A stretch of DNA of 64,000 nt from Podarcis bocagei (Eukaryota), in assembly GCA_964188305.1 (NCBI GenBank), contig OZ076887.1; one strand, given 5' to 3'. This document shows positions 51,015 to 63,414 of this stretch, piece after piece. The notes beneath the pieces are model-generated. The model had not been told where the DNA came from, ran no database searches, and was given only the letters and a program-made list of their open reading frames with translations. Positions within the stretch are counted from its first letter, which is position 1. Each line of letters starts with the position of its first letter. The position numbers and the translations under genes are program-made.

Positions 51015-52948
51015 CTAAATGAAGGAAAAGCAATACATTTAAACATACATATGTACAATATAGTATTTTCCAAATCTGAATTACGTCCAGTTATCCCTCA
51101 AAAAAAGATGGCACCTCAGACATGCAGAGTGTGAAGGAGAATGGTATATTGTTAAGATTTTCAGTGGTGATTGAGATGTTCATTGACCAAATTGTAGCTT
51201 ACAATAGCATGCAGCTAACTATCTGGGAAACCAAATGTCCAAGACTACCTGTCAAGTGGCAAAAATAATTTTCTATCACACATGAAAGTGGACAAATTCA
51301 GTAAGAAACTGTTTTTTAAAATGTAAATGTTTTTGATAGCACATTTAGGGAGGAAAATAAACTACTCACTTTGGTGAAAATAGTTTTCATAACACTGTGT
51401 TTTCACGGTTTCTATTTAAAAGAGAGATTCTTGGGGGGGCGGGTCCATGGATGGGCTTAGGCCGGGAAATTAGGCAAGTGCACACACAGACGTGTGTGCG
51501 CACGCACACAAACCCAACACAATAAAATAAATTCTAAGCAGAGAGCTTGTGTGTTTATGTGCATTTTTCCCTGGAGGGGGTTCATAGCTTTCATCAGATT
51601 TTCAAAGGGGTCTGTCACCCAAGAAGGCTAAGTGCCACTGCTCTAAGTCACAGGTAAGAAACCACGACATGCTGTCCTCAGCCCTTGACCTAAATTCTTG
51701 TGGGTGATGAGGGGGGAAACTGGGTAGCAGAAAGAGAGAAATGGCAGTGGCAGGAGAGACAGAAAAGGTGGCAGCCACTAATATGAAACCCCTGGCATAG
51801 TACCTCCCCACTGGGATGGCAGCCACTCATAATGAAGGGTTCTCTGCAACTCACTTTAGGGCTCCCAAAGCCAGCCTTTTGTCCTTGTACTGGGAGCCAA
51901 AAGTCTGGGGGACATGCAGGCTCCTGGATGGCATAAAATGAGGTATAAGTATGATGGCATAGGATCCTGTTTATAGGGATAGGCTAACCATGATGCTGTG
52001 GTACTCTGGTGGTGGAGAGATTCTAACTCTTTGCAAAAGACTGCACTACAACCAGTTCCACTGACACTTGGTGCATTGTACAGCCCTAATCCCCAACTAG
52101 ATTCCGCCATCTATTTCAGGAGTTGAGAATCTGAGGCCCTATAATTACTATTAGTCCCAGCCAGCATGGCCAATCATCAGGAATACTGCAAGCTGTAGTC
52201 TAGCAACATCGAGAAGATGACAGATTCCCCATCCCAACCAATTTAAAGTACAGCTCTAGGACAGTTTTCCTCCTCAAGTTTAACCTATTTTACCTCCACA
52301 GAGTTTACCACTAAGTGCACTTCTTTCCAAATCATGTTTGGAAAACTTACTGATCTTCTGCGACACCACAAAAGCCATTATTGTGCTAGTTTTGGCAAAA
52401 GTAAGCAGTCTCCAATAAAAGAAGTGTTGCATGCAGAAAAAAGAGGCATAGAGAATTATTATTCATTTAGGCTATGCTTCTATGCACTTACTTGGAAGTT
52501 CCATTGAAACCCACATAGGGGTTTGGATGGGCAAATCTCAGTATATTAAACCAGGAAACACGAGCCTTTTTTTTTGCTCCTCCCTTCATGGCAAGGCATT
52601 TTATGTAAATTGGGAAACTGCAGGTACCAGTTTCAACACAAGCCAGGGTCTTAAAGTACATTTCAAACCATGGTTTAGGACAATGGCTTGTTTCAAAGCT
52701 GATGACCATAACTTACCAGTTCAAATGAAATGGAAAGGGGTTCATTAGCTACTTCCTAGTTTCACTGCTGCACCCCACAAAGGGTAAATCAAGGGGGCTT
52801 GTGTGCATAAGCAAAAGACTCATGATTATCTCAGTTTGATAAACTGAGGTAGGATTATCCAAACTGGCTAATAAAATATTACATCCAAGAAAAGCTGAGT
52901 AAGATTGAGAGACAGGTGACAAATTTCAATTAATTACATTCAACCAAC

Positions 52949-53561
52949 CTAATTCATTTTTCTTATGGTTTACATAACTGTCTATGCTGCTATTCTTCAC
53001 TGCTTTTTCTTTTACAGTCTTCAGGTTCTCAGGATACTTTCTGCCTTGCTTGTTCTGCTTTTTTGGTGTAAGTTCCTTTACTTGTTGCAATTCAATCACT
53101 TGTGTGTCTTTTACAGTCTTTTTGGACTTTAACGATTTGCTTTTCTGGCCTTCATTTTTTAAAATACCCAGTTTTGACAATGGGGAACTTTTATCTGTCC
53201 CTTTGCTTTCTTTCCCAGAGTTACTCTCAACAGGAGACTTCTCAGATACTCTCTTTTCTTTAGTCTTGGCCTTCTCTCCCTGAGACTTCTTCTTAGTTAA
53301 TTTTTGGTCAGACTCTGAAAGATCCGAATCTGAATCAGAAAGGTCATAAAAGCGTCTCAGGTCCTCTGTAGAGCTGTGTTGAACAGGCCGCCCTCGCTTA
53401 TCCACAGTGTACTTCAACTTGAATTTTTTATCATGAAACATGGCCTGAAATCTTTTATCAATTTTGATTTTGCGATCTTTTTCTGGCATTTCCCAAAATC
53501 TTGGGTCTTTTGTAATGCGGGAAAACCGCTGGTCACTAATGAGCTCCTTTTTAGACTCCAT
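52949..53561 (-). CDS. ESF1: ESF1 first coding exon (exon 2; MESKKELISDQRFSRITKDPRFWEMPEKDRKIKIDKRF...)
   Basis: ATG at 53561; matches ESF1 N-terminus; 613 nt, phase-1 donor |gttggt; tandem TAGTAG acceptor at 53592-53597. Confidence 0.95.
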
Positions 53562-54459
53562 TTTCACACTTTTAAAAAAGCCAAACTTGAACTACTAAAA
53601 AAGAAAGAAAGAAAGGTTACATCCATAAAGCAATTCTATCACAATGCATCACTCTGAAATTACTGACAGTTTTTATTAAGGAGCAAGACAGCACCAAGCA
53701 TTACAGTAGTTTCACAAGACTTACAGATTAGTAAAGTAGGAGTAGCAAACATAGTGCCTTCCAGACGTTGTTGAACTCCAACTCCCATCATTCCCAGCTA
53801 GTGGTCTTGCTGGTTGCAGTTCATGGGAGTCCAACAGCATCTGCATGACATGGTGTTGGCTACCCCTAAGCAAAGGAAGAAAGTTATACACCAAAAGAAG
53901 CATATGGCACAATCTGGACAAACAGTGAGACCTATGCAACCTTCTTCCTCACTTTTCAAGTTCCATTAAATGTAGCCTGATCTGGATAGGATTACGGCTT
54001 TTGTGAATCTAGTGGCCTGCTCTATCTTCCCCAGAAAAAGGTGCAACTGGAGCACCAGCTATAGCTGGTGGAATCCCATCCAAAACAGGAGGCATGTACC
54101 TCTAACCTCATCAGCTTTTTTTAGTGGCTCAAAGTACTTCTCCCTTGTCTGGATCTAGTGACAGTCTGTTTGTACACAACCTGTTCATCACTGTTTTCAG
54201 GCACCAGTTCAGGACTTCCACTGCCTTCCTGGAATCTGATGCAAAAGACAGCTGAGTGCAATATTATCAGCATACTGTTGATACTCTTTTCTGGAGATTT
54301 CGAGTACCTTACCCACAGGTTTCATGTAGAGGTGAAACAACATAGGAAACAAGCCAATGACGGAGCATAACAGTCATTCCCGGACACTATCTTCTGATAT
54401 TTGCCCTCCAGGTTCAACTGGAACCAGTGCAAAATGTTTTCTCAGAATGTCAAGAAGTA

Positions 54460-54814
54460 CAGTGGTGCCCCGCAAGACGAATGCCTCACAAGACAAAAAA
54501 CTCGCTAGACGAAAGGTTTTTTTTGTTTTTTGAGCTGCTTCGCAAGACGAATTTCCCTATGGGCTTGCTTCGCAAGACGAAAACGTCTTGCGTTTTTTGC
54601 AAGTTTGTTTCCTTTTTCTTAACACCGTTAATACAGTTGCGACTTGACTTCGAGGAGCAACTCATAGAACGCGGTGTGGTAGCCTTTTTTGAGGGTTTTG
54701 GCGATTTTTGAAGCTTTTCCAAAACTTTTCCGACACTGTGCTTCGCAAGATGAAAAATTCGCTAGACGAAAAAACTCGCGGAACGAATTAATTTCGTCTT
54801 GCGAGGCACCACTG
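54460..54814. mobile_element. Tigger/pogo-like MITE (family C)
   Basis: Same TIRs as the 45414 copy; TA flanks. Confidence 0.88.
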
Positions 54815-55747
54815 TATAGGCAAGGCACTGTGAGGTTCAGCAGAACCAACAGAAATGCACCCCACCCCAGTTCCCAACACAGGTTATCAATGAGGAAAAT
54901 CAATCCCAAAACCAGGTGAGAAGCCAAACTGGGAAGAATCAAGATAATCAGCATCATCCAGGAATTACTGGATATGAGAAAACAGCACATACATGAACTC
55001 TGCCTAGAAATGTTTGATACATACAATTATACTGAATAGCAGTGACTAAGGAGGGTTTCTTACAACAGCTTTTTCCAGGGCAGCTGGCATATTGCCATTA
55101 TTTGAAAGGAGAACTCATTATAATCTGCTCCATTCACGAGTCACTCCTCTCTGACTATATTAATCAACCATAGCATGCAAGGATTTAGAAGGCAGGTAGT
55201 AGCAGTGGACAACTTCACAGTTCCAGGGATCCCATTAACATCTCAAGATAAGCAGGACAAGCAGGTGCCATGGGCATATCAACACAACATGTAAATCCAG
55301 GTCAGACTTGAGGAAAAAGACCCTAAGATCTTCTTCAGATACTTTAGTCTAGGAGCCCCTAGCAAATAAGGCTGGACAGATGGCTACCAGAGGGAGGATC
55401 TTTACAGTGGTGGCATCCCAGGAGTAGAATGCTCTTGCCAGAATGACTTGTCTGGTGCCAACACTGAAATCTTTCCAGCACCAGATGATTACCTTTTTTA
55501 TTTTTGAAAAGCTTCCATCTTTCTTGCTTTTTATTAAAAAAAGTATGTTTTAGATCATTTGCAGTGTTTCCATATTCTGCCACTGGATTTCTTTTGCTCT
55601 TGATTTCATTTAAATGTTATGTTTTATATTCTATTTTATACCTTATGATCTTTACTTAAAAACTGCTCAATTTTAGCTGCAGTTGTAGCGACTGCACACT
55701 GGGTACAACAGAGTACAAAACATACATGTATGCTTTGAAATGAAATA

Positions 55748-55988
55748 CAGTGGTACCTCGGTTTAAGAACAGTCCAGTTTAAGAACGATTTGGTTTACAA
55801 ACTTCATAAAACCGGAAATATTGTCTTGGTTTGAGAACTTTGCCTCGGTCTAAGAACAGAATCTGAACGGTGGAAGGGCACCGGTGGCAGAAGGCCTCGT
55901 TTGGGAAAGTGTGCCTCGGTTTAAGAACAGTTTCAGTTTAAGAACAGACTTCCAGAACGGATGAAGTTCATAAACCAAGGTACCACTG
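55748..55988. mobile_element. Tigger/pogo-like MITE (family D)
   Basis: TA|CAGTGGTACCTCGGTTTA...TAAACCAAGGTACCACTG|TA. Confidence 0.85.
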
Positions 55989-55990
55989 TA

Positions 55991-56223
55991 TTTCCCCGAC
56001 TGAAAAGTGCAGAAACCAATGGCTTCAAGTTGCAAGAAAGGAGATTCCGACTCAACATCAGGAAGAACCTTCTGACATTAAGATTTCTGTCTGACAGTAA
56101 AACAGGCTTCCTCGGAAAGTGGTGAACTCTGCTTTTCTGGAGGTTTTTAAGCATCTGCCATGTATGAGCTAGCTGAGATTCCTTGACCCTCGGAGTCCCC
56201 TTTCCAACTCTACGATTCTATGA
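55991..56223 (+). mobile_element. 5'-truncated older CR1 3' fragment
   Basis: Similar to 22005-22242 (aatgg..caagaaag.agattcc...ccaactctacgattctatga). Confidence 0.8.
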
Positions 56224-56237
56224 AGGGAGGTATACAA

Positions 56238-56240
<3 letters not shown>

Positions 56241-56290
<50 letters not shown>
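56241..56290. repeat. (TAA)n microsatellite
   Basis: About 16 direct units. Confidence 0.95.
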
Positions 56291-56519
56291 TACAACAATA
56301 ATAAACCCTCTCCTGAGGAGGAAACAGTTGTTAACCCTGGCTAGCTAACACGGAGCAGAAAAGCGTGGTATACGCACAGGGGGAAAGAACAGCAGCAGTG
56401 AAATAAAGCCGAGAAAAGCGCCTCCTACGAACATTTACGAAGAAGGTGCCGCTGCCTCCCTCATAAGAGGCGCAACCGCTCCACGGGGCCCACGACACCC
56501 GCGTGCTTCCCATACTCAC

Positions 56520-56600
56520 CGCAGCTTCTCCTCAGGATACTCAGGCGCGAGGAACTTCCGGTCTCGGCGGGAGGAGGGGGGGGAAAAGCACACAACCTCT
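56520..56600 (-). other. ESF1: Putative non-coding exon 1 of ESF1 (TSS uncertain)
   Basis: Strong donor CGG|GTGAGT at 56519 at the edge of the CpG island. Confidence 0.65.
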
Positions 56601-56818
56601 CGTCACTTCCGAAAGACTGCGCGCCACTGCGCATGCGCAGCGAGCGCTTCCTGGTAAGGCCGGCCTCCGGCGACTTCCAATTGGAAGGCGCGGTCAGCTG
56701 AGCGGGACGACGGTTAAGCTTCCCAGCGAATGCGAATATAAACTGAAACAGAAGCAATCCGTGGAGAGTGTGGCGCGCGGGTTCGAGGCAGGAGCGCATG
56801 CGCATCGCTTTCTCGGCG

Positions 56819-57007
56819 ATGGGCGCGAGGGCGCTGCTGAGGGGGCCGCGCCGCCGCCTCCTCTTCCTCCTGGGCGGCAGTTCGGGGCGCCGCTCCGCCG
56901 CGGGCCCCGGCGCCCTCAGCCCCTTCGACCGGCAGCTGAAGAGGAAGCAGAAGGAGTGGGCGGCGGCGCGGCCGGAGATGCAGCGCTGCGAGTACCTGAG
57001 GGAAGAG
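56819..57007 (+). CDS. NDUFAF5: NDUFAF5 exon 1 (Arg-rich mitochondrial presequence + FDRQLKRKQKEWAA...YLREE)
   Basis: gcgATGg start (alternative in-frame ATG at 56798); matches the NDUFAF5 FDRxLKRKQK motif; donor |gtgagc. Confidence 0.9.
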
Positions 57008-57627
57008 GTGAGCGCCGCTGGGGAGGCGAGGGCGGAGAGCCCCCGGGCCGGGTTCCTGGATGCGGCCCCCTCGGCCCCCGCCACCCAATGCCGAGAACGT
57101 AGAAGGGACCCTTTTCGTGTACAGTGTTCGGGCCAGCAGCTTTAGCGTCCGGTTTTGCGCACTGGGATCCACGAAGGTTGCGCACTGGGATCCACGAAGG
57201 TCTCAATGTCATTCGGATAGAGTAGCTGAGGATCATTCGACCCACCAAAGGTGGTTGGAGGGGCGGGGCATAACTCTTCAAACCAAGTAAATAAATAATC
57301 CTGCCTCCAGGAAAATAATAATAATAAATAATGCCTTATTTATCTGCTGCTAACCACACTGCCAGCCTTCCAGCAATATGAGTCTAAGTGCATGTGGCTG
57401 ATCGCTAGCAAATGGGAAAACGTCAGTATAAAAATATATAGTCCCAGATTTACTTTGTCGTTCCTGTTCTCTTTTTTGCTGCCTGGATTAAGACAACACC
57501 TAGCGTGAACCATGGTTTGGCTGTTGGGCACACCTTGGCAGGATCCTGCACTCTTCCCTCTGTGCCTTTGACATTGAGACTATGGCTAGTGCAAACCCTG
57601 CAAACTTTACAAATATGTTTCGGACTA

Positions 57628-57896
57628 CAGTGGTGCCTCGCAAGACGAAATTAATCCGTTCCGCGAGTCTCTTTGTCTTGCGGTTTTTTCATCTTGCAAA
57701 GCACGGCTATTAATGGCTTAGCGGCTATTAACGGCTTAGCGGCTTTAAGAAAAAGGAAATGAACTCGCAAGACGTTTCGTCTTGCGAAGCAAGCCCACAG
57801 GGAAATTCGTCTCGCGGAACGACTAAAAAAACGGAAAACTCTTTCGTCTACCGAGTTTTTTGTCTTGCGAAGCATTCGTCTTGCGGGGCACCACTG
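57628..57896. mobile_element. Tigger/pogo-like MITE (family C), opposite orientation
   Basis: Reverse complement of the 45414/54460 copies; TA flanks. Confidence 0.88.
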
Positions 57897-58382
57897 TATC
57901 AGGTCAAAGTGAGTTTTGTGTCTGGTACGAAAATATTCAACTGAGTTTTATACAGAGGTGATCTTTTGAAATTAATGACCATGAGTAACTGCTCCAGTCG
58001 TTTCAATGGCTCTGTTGAGTAAAGGTTAGCTGGTTGCAATCCATAACTTAACCAGCCTTACTGTACATTGTGCCTTGATTTGGGGAGGCAGGGGAGAAAA
58101 ATTGCTGTTCTGCACCAGCAAATGTCTTACAACAGTTCCAGGAAGGGAGGGAGAGTAATAGCCTGCAGGAGCTTTCATGATCACCAAATAATGGTTTGAC
58201 ATTCTGTCTGAATTAAGCCACTGATTGAGCATCACTTTTCAGTTAAATGTGGAAAAAGTTAAGTTTTTCCTAAAATCAAAATTGGTAGTGATACTAGTTA
58301 ATCTGTAGTGGTGGTTAATTTATTCTCTGGAAGTGCTGAACCCATATAGTGAGAACCAACTGTTCCTTCTTCTGTTTCACAG

Positions 58383-58423
58383 GTTGGTGGTAGGATAGCT
58401 GACCGTGTGTTTGACATAACTAG
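58383..58423 (+). CDS. NDUFAF5: NDUFAF5 exon 2 (VGGRIADRVFDIT)
   Basis: 41 nt, cag| and |gtaaga. Confidence 0.95.
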
Positions 58424-58588
58424 GTAAGATATTAGCCTATCCAATTTGTATGTCTAGCTGTTTTCACAAAATCCATGCTATTTCAACTATACTGTAAAGT
58501 TTAAAGAAAGTTGGGTATGGGGAATTATAAAAGCTTCCTGGTATCATTGACAGTAAATTCAGGTAGGTAGCCGTGTTAGTCTGACGCA

Positions 58589-58888
58589 GGGTTAAACCAC
58601 AGAGCCTAGGACTTGCCGATCAGAAGGTCGGCGGTTCAAATCCCCACGACGGAGTGAACTCCCGTTGCTCGATCCCTGCTCCTGCCAACCTAGCAGTTCG
58701 AAAGCACGTCAAAGTACAAGCAGATAAATAGGTACCGCTCCGGCGGGAAGGTAAACGGTGTTTCTGTGCACTGCTCTGATTCACCAGAAGCGGCTTAATC
58801 ATGCTGGCTCCCTCGGCCAATAAAGCGAGATGAGCGCCGCAACCCCAGAGTCGGCCACGACTGGACCTAATGGTCAGGGGTCCTTTTA
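58589..58888 (+). mobile_element. 5'-truncated Sauria SINE
   Basis: Reverse complement of 23156-23490; B-box-like GGTTCAAATCC. Confidence 0.85.
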
Positions 58889-60171
58889 TCTAAGGTGTTA
58901 CTGGACAATTTTTTAATTTTTTTATTAGACAGTAAAACGGTAATGTTTCCATTCAGTGGAAGGTGTGTAATTGGGAGTTGGATTTGGATCAAAACAAATA
59001 TTGTACTGTTTTGTTTCTTGAAAGTTTCATTCTTTGTTTTTGCTTTAAAAACGTTTAAAAATTATATTTCCCCAATATGAATTATAACGATAACAAACAG
59101 AAATGTATTGCATAGAAAATACAGCATGTCACATATGAGAAGTTTAAGAAGTTTGCACTGGTATAATTTAATAACATCTATTAAAAGAGAGCAATCTAGT
59201 AACCAAGATTTGAGAGCATACGTTACCTGGCTGTGGGTCAGTGATAAAGAAGAAAACGTAAATTGAGATATTTTGAGGTAACAGAAGGAAGACTGATAGT
59301 TATTCACCTGCCTGTTTAAAGGTATAGTTAAGAACAAGAGACCAAAATTGGCAGCCATAAATGACACTGAATCTAGATTTGTGCATAAGCTGAATGAACC
59401 AAATGTCCATGCGCTTATACATTTGTATATGAAATAAAATAAAATGACTTTGGGAGTACAGTGTTGTGTGCTGCTGTAACAGCAACTTGTGTAACTAAGC
59501 AACACCTTGTAAAATATGATTAATGAGAAATAGCAGCAGACATAATAGCAAAAATTGAACATGTGCCTAAATGTAATCACGTTTAGAAATAGTGGTTTTT
59601 AGTGAAACTTTAAGTGAGGTACATAGGGTTGCAGTATTCTTTCCACAGATCTGACATCATAATGAAACTTGTCAGAGAAACCTTCCCATCAACCAATTGC
59701 AAGTGGAGGTTGCATACATTTTGCATGTTTTAACTTACAAAATTTTGAGGTGACATCTTTGAAGACATGAACTCATGGGTATAATAAAGAAAGCCTTTGC
59801 AATTACTATTAAGGCATTTGCTCTCCTGGCTGAAGCTGTTACGTTAACGGCATTGAACACGAAGGGACTAACTTATGAGTAAATTTATGAGTAAACATGC
59901 AAAGAATTGTACTTCAGGTAAAATGAAAGGGCACAGCCCTTCAGAGGAATGAGACTTCAGAGGAAGAGACTTGATCAGATCAGGCCTATACATCAAGCCA
60001 GATATTCTCTCTAAATGCCACTTAGTTCAGAGGGACTTACTCTCAAGTAAGTGTACACAACATTGCAGCCTGTGTCTAACTTAGAGAGTAAGAATTGCAC
60101 CAAAGCATTATATATTAGGAGTCTTACTGAGCTGCATCTTTGCAAATAATTTGCATTTATTTTTCCTAAAG

Positions 60172-60235
60172 GACTTTCCCCCTTGCATTGGATCTTGGCT
60201 GTGGACGAAGCTACATAGCTCAGCATTTAAATAAG
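60172..60235 (+). CDS. NDUFAF5: NDUFAF5 exon 3 (TFPLALDLGCGRSYIAQHLNK; SAM-binding motif I)
   Basis: DLGCGR motif; 64 nt, aag| and |gtatga. Confidence 0.96.
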
Positions 60236-60692
60236 GTATGATTTCCTCTGGATCTTTGGCTTAGATTTGAATTACACAGAGAGAACTGAACAGTAGATCT
60301 ACCTTGGGCTTTTCTCTTATGCATAATAAAAATCGATCTAGCCACAGTGGGTTGGATCCAGACTTGCCAATGTCAAATCTGTTTTGAGCCTGTTGTCAGC
60401 AAAATTCTGAGTGCTGTCACAGACAATGCCATATTAATAGCTTAACCCTGTGATTGATAACTTGGATGTAAATCACATTGGCCTCTGATAGGATTTACAC
60501 CCATGTGGATAGGATTGCACTTTATGGTGTACATTACACAATATTGTTGCCCTGCAGAATAAAGCTTTTAGATACGGACCAGGATATTCTTCTTTTTGTC
60601 TGTCTTCACCCAAACTAACTCTCCCATCTCACTCGCCCCTAGATAAAATCGGGTAAACGGTTGGAGACAATTTATGGTCATTTTTGTTTCAG

Positions 60693-60740
60693 GATGTCAT
60701 TGAACAGCTTTTTCAAGCAGATATTGCAGAAAACGCTTTG
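60693..60740 (+). CDS. NDUFAF5: NDUFAF5 exon 4 (DVIEQLFQADIAENAL)
   Basis: 48 nt, cag| and |gtaggt. Confidence 0.95.
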
Positions 60741-60842
60741 GTAGGTAGCTGTCTTGTACTTGCTAGCTGTTTAATCCATGATATTGAAAAGTAAAGCACC
60801 TTAACTACAGTCCTAAGCCATTTCTATTCTAATCTAATTTAG

Positions 60843-60946
60843 AAAAACGCAATAGAATCTGAAATACCCAGAGTCAGTGTTATAGCTGATGAAGAGTTCC
60901 TTCCTTTCAAGGAGAATACATTTGATCTTGTTGTCAGTGGATTGAG
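60843..60946 (+). CDS. NDUFAF5: NDUFAF5 exon 5 (KNAIESEIP...[20 protein letters not shown])
   Basis: 104 nt, tag| and |gtaatt. Confidence 0.96.
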
Positions 60947-61888
60947 GTAATTAATAAGTGAACTAAAGGTAAACAAAATAGTTTCTAGTGATTGCGGCTT
61001 GGCTCTGAAAAGGCTTGTGGGTGTGAATTAAAGCATTTCCATGCATGGGGTGAGGTTGAGGAAGAGCTATCTTCAAAATTCAGTCCCTAGCACTGTAACA
61101 GTTGCTTCTTTGGCGGTGGGGCTTCTGAGCTACCAAGATCTACAAATTATTGTTATGTGAAGGGGAAGGGGTCTGAAAAGCTCTAAAGCACAAATAGAAC
61201 ACTGCATATGTTCCTTTGGATCCTGGCCTCTCTATCTTAAAAACACGTGGAAGCTAACACTTCTGTTGGATACCAAGCCATTACACACTCACCTGGAAAT
61301 AAGTCCTATTGAACTCAATGGGGCCTACTTCTAAGTAGATATGTATGGTAGTACAAAGTTGGTCTCCAAAACCAGTATGTGGTGCTTTTACCATTAAGGC
61401 TTTCTGGCTGGTTTCAGAAATTATTTCATCCAAACTGGGAGTGGTTGTTACCACTAACTACAACTAGTTTCAAAAGCAAGCCAACATCAAACCATGGCTT
61501 ATGAAGCTGGCTTGTTTACACTGCCATAGCTCAAGCAGAATGACAAGCTGAGTTTAATACTGCTGATCATCCAAACACACGAAATGAGGTGGTGGGTGGT
61601 GGTGTGTGGAACAAAAGAATCCATGGCTTAACTTGGTTCCCTCCAGATGTTGGACTTCAACTCCCAACAGCATGACCAACAGTCAGGGATGAGTAGTGTT
61701 GTAGTCCAAAAGGCCTATAGGGCACCAGGTTGAGGAAGGCTGTACTAAGCCGTAGTTCTGTGTTGCACATATGCATGGCTGCATTTGGATGCATCTGGAT
61801 TGTTTAGCAGCAAATACAACAGCAGCCTGCTTTAACGTGGCAAGATTCCCAGTGTATTTGAAAACCTCAGCCAGTTTCAATCCTAGAC

Positions 61889-62022
61889 CTGTAGAGTTGG
61901 AATGGACCCTGAGGATCATCTAGTCCAACCCCCTGCAATGTTGGACTATATAGCTGTCCCATACAGGAATTAAACCTGCAACCTTGGCATTATCAGCACC
62001 ACGCTCTAAACAACTGAACTGG
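61889..62022 (-). mobile_element. tRNA-derived SINE with CR1-like tail
   Basis: Antisense tRNA head (AGTTCAGTTG.TTAGAGCGTGGTGCTGATAATGCCAAGGTTGCAGGTT) plus a tail ending ...GGGTCCATTCCAACTCTAC. Confidence 0.7.
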
Positions 62023-62055
62023 ATATTTGGAGTCGTGTAGAAAATAAGATTCCAA

Positions 62056-62142
62056 GGCTGCAGTCCTATGCATGCTTACCAAGAAGTAAGCCCCACTGAA
62101 CTCACTGGGACCTATTTCTGAGTAACTATGCATAGGATTGCA
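62056..62142. repeat. ~85-bp palindromic interspersed repeat (related copies near 6885, 52480, 60015, 60455, 61285)
   Basis: TGCAGTCCTATGCATG...TATGCATAGGATTGCA inverted ends with internal CCCACTGAACTCACTGGG. Confidence 0.6.
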
Positions 62143-62316
62143 CAGCAAGTGTGGCTCATAGCTCTTGTCTTAGCCTTTTCTTACTCTGTCATATTTTATA
62201 TCCAATACAGTTACCTTTGTGCCAGTAATCCACAACCTGTGCTGCCTGAAACTTGCATTGCTGAGAGAGCTCTATACCTTTTATTAATCAATTTTTCATT
62301 TAATTGTTTTTTTTAG

Positions 62317-62356
62317 CTTGCATTGGGTAAATGATCTTCCCAAAACATTGCACGAG
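62317..62356 (+). CDS. NDUFAF5: NDUFAF5 exon 6 (SLHWVNDLPKTLHE)
   Basis: LHWVNDLP motif; 40 nt, tag| and |gtaagt. Confidence 0.96.
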
Positions 62357-63039
62357 GTAAGTACAAGTATTATGGTTCCTGTAAAGTTGATAGATAGGAA
62401 TTTGGCTGAGTATAACTACTGGTGAGAGTAATATTTAATCATAGAGTTTTTCCAATATTGTGCTGGCCATGTCTTTACATTTTCCAGTTGGAAACTGGGA
62501 ACTATCTCTCTCCCCCCGTCTCTATACACACACACACACATTGAGGGGGTGTCTTTTTAATTGCTACCCCTCCCCAAAAAAACCCACTGTTAAAACATTC
62601 AGGTACTGGAAATGTGAATATATATCTTAATCAGATGCTTTGTTTATGTTCTCCAGTCAACCTATATTCTAAATCATTTATCCTTGTGCCATTAATTATG
62701 TACCTTGTAAAAGTAGGAGGCATTGGCATGCACAGAGTAGTATAAAAATACTGGGATGAGGATGATCAGGGACCCTGAAAATAGACCAATGAGGACTGAG
62801 CACTCCTAGTGAGCAAAGAATGCTGACTTGGGAGGAGGAACACAGGGGAGGGAATGGTATGGCTGGGGGGTGGGGTAGTATATTGTGGTTTACTGCAATG
62901 GGAAGTGTTCTTGTGCATGCTACCTGATCACTCATGCTTCCCTCCTCACCTGACGCAAGTGGGGGAAGCAAACAAGGAAGCCACAGTGAAAACCGGGCTG
63001 TGCTGTCCAAACCAGGGATTGTGGTTTGTTTCTCCCTAA

Positions 63040-63414
<375 letters not shown>

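Larger units (their letters stand above)
56440..57100. promoter_or_regulatory. Bidirectional CpG-island promoter shared by ESF1 and NDUFAF5
   Basis: Head-to-head first exons; NRF1 TGCGCATGCGCA 56628-56639 and GCGCATGCGC 56794-56803; ETS ACTTCCGG 56554-56561 and CACTTCCG 56604-56611; CCAATTGG 56677-56684. Confidence 0.9.

Noticed and set aside
50600-51022. Ser-rich + strand ORFs (also 52984-53283)
   Set aside because: Antisense shadows of Glu/Lys-rich ESF1 exons
56461-57290. Several overlapping 120-207 aa ORFs
   Set aside because: CpG-island artefacts; only the 56819-57007 frame matches NDUFAF5
61960-62022. tRNA gene
   Set aside because: Degenerate B box and a CR1-like tail indicate a SINE head, not a functional tRNA
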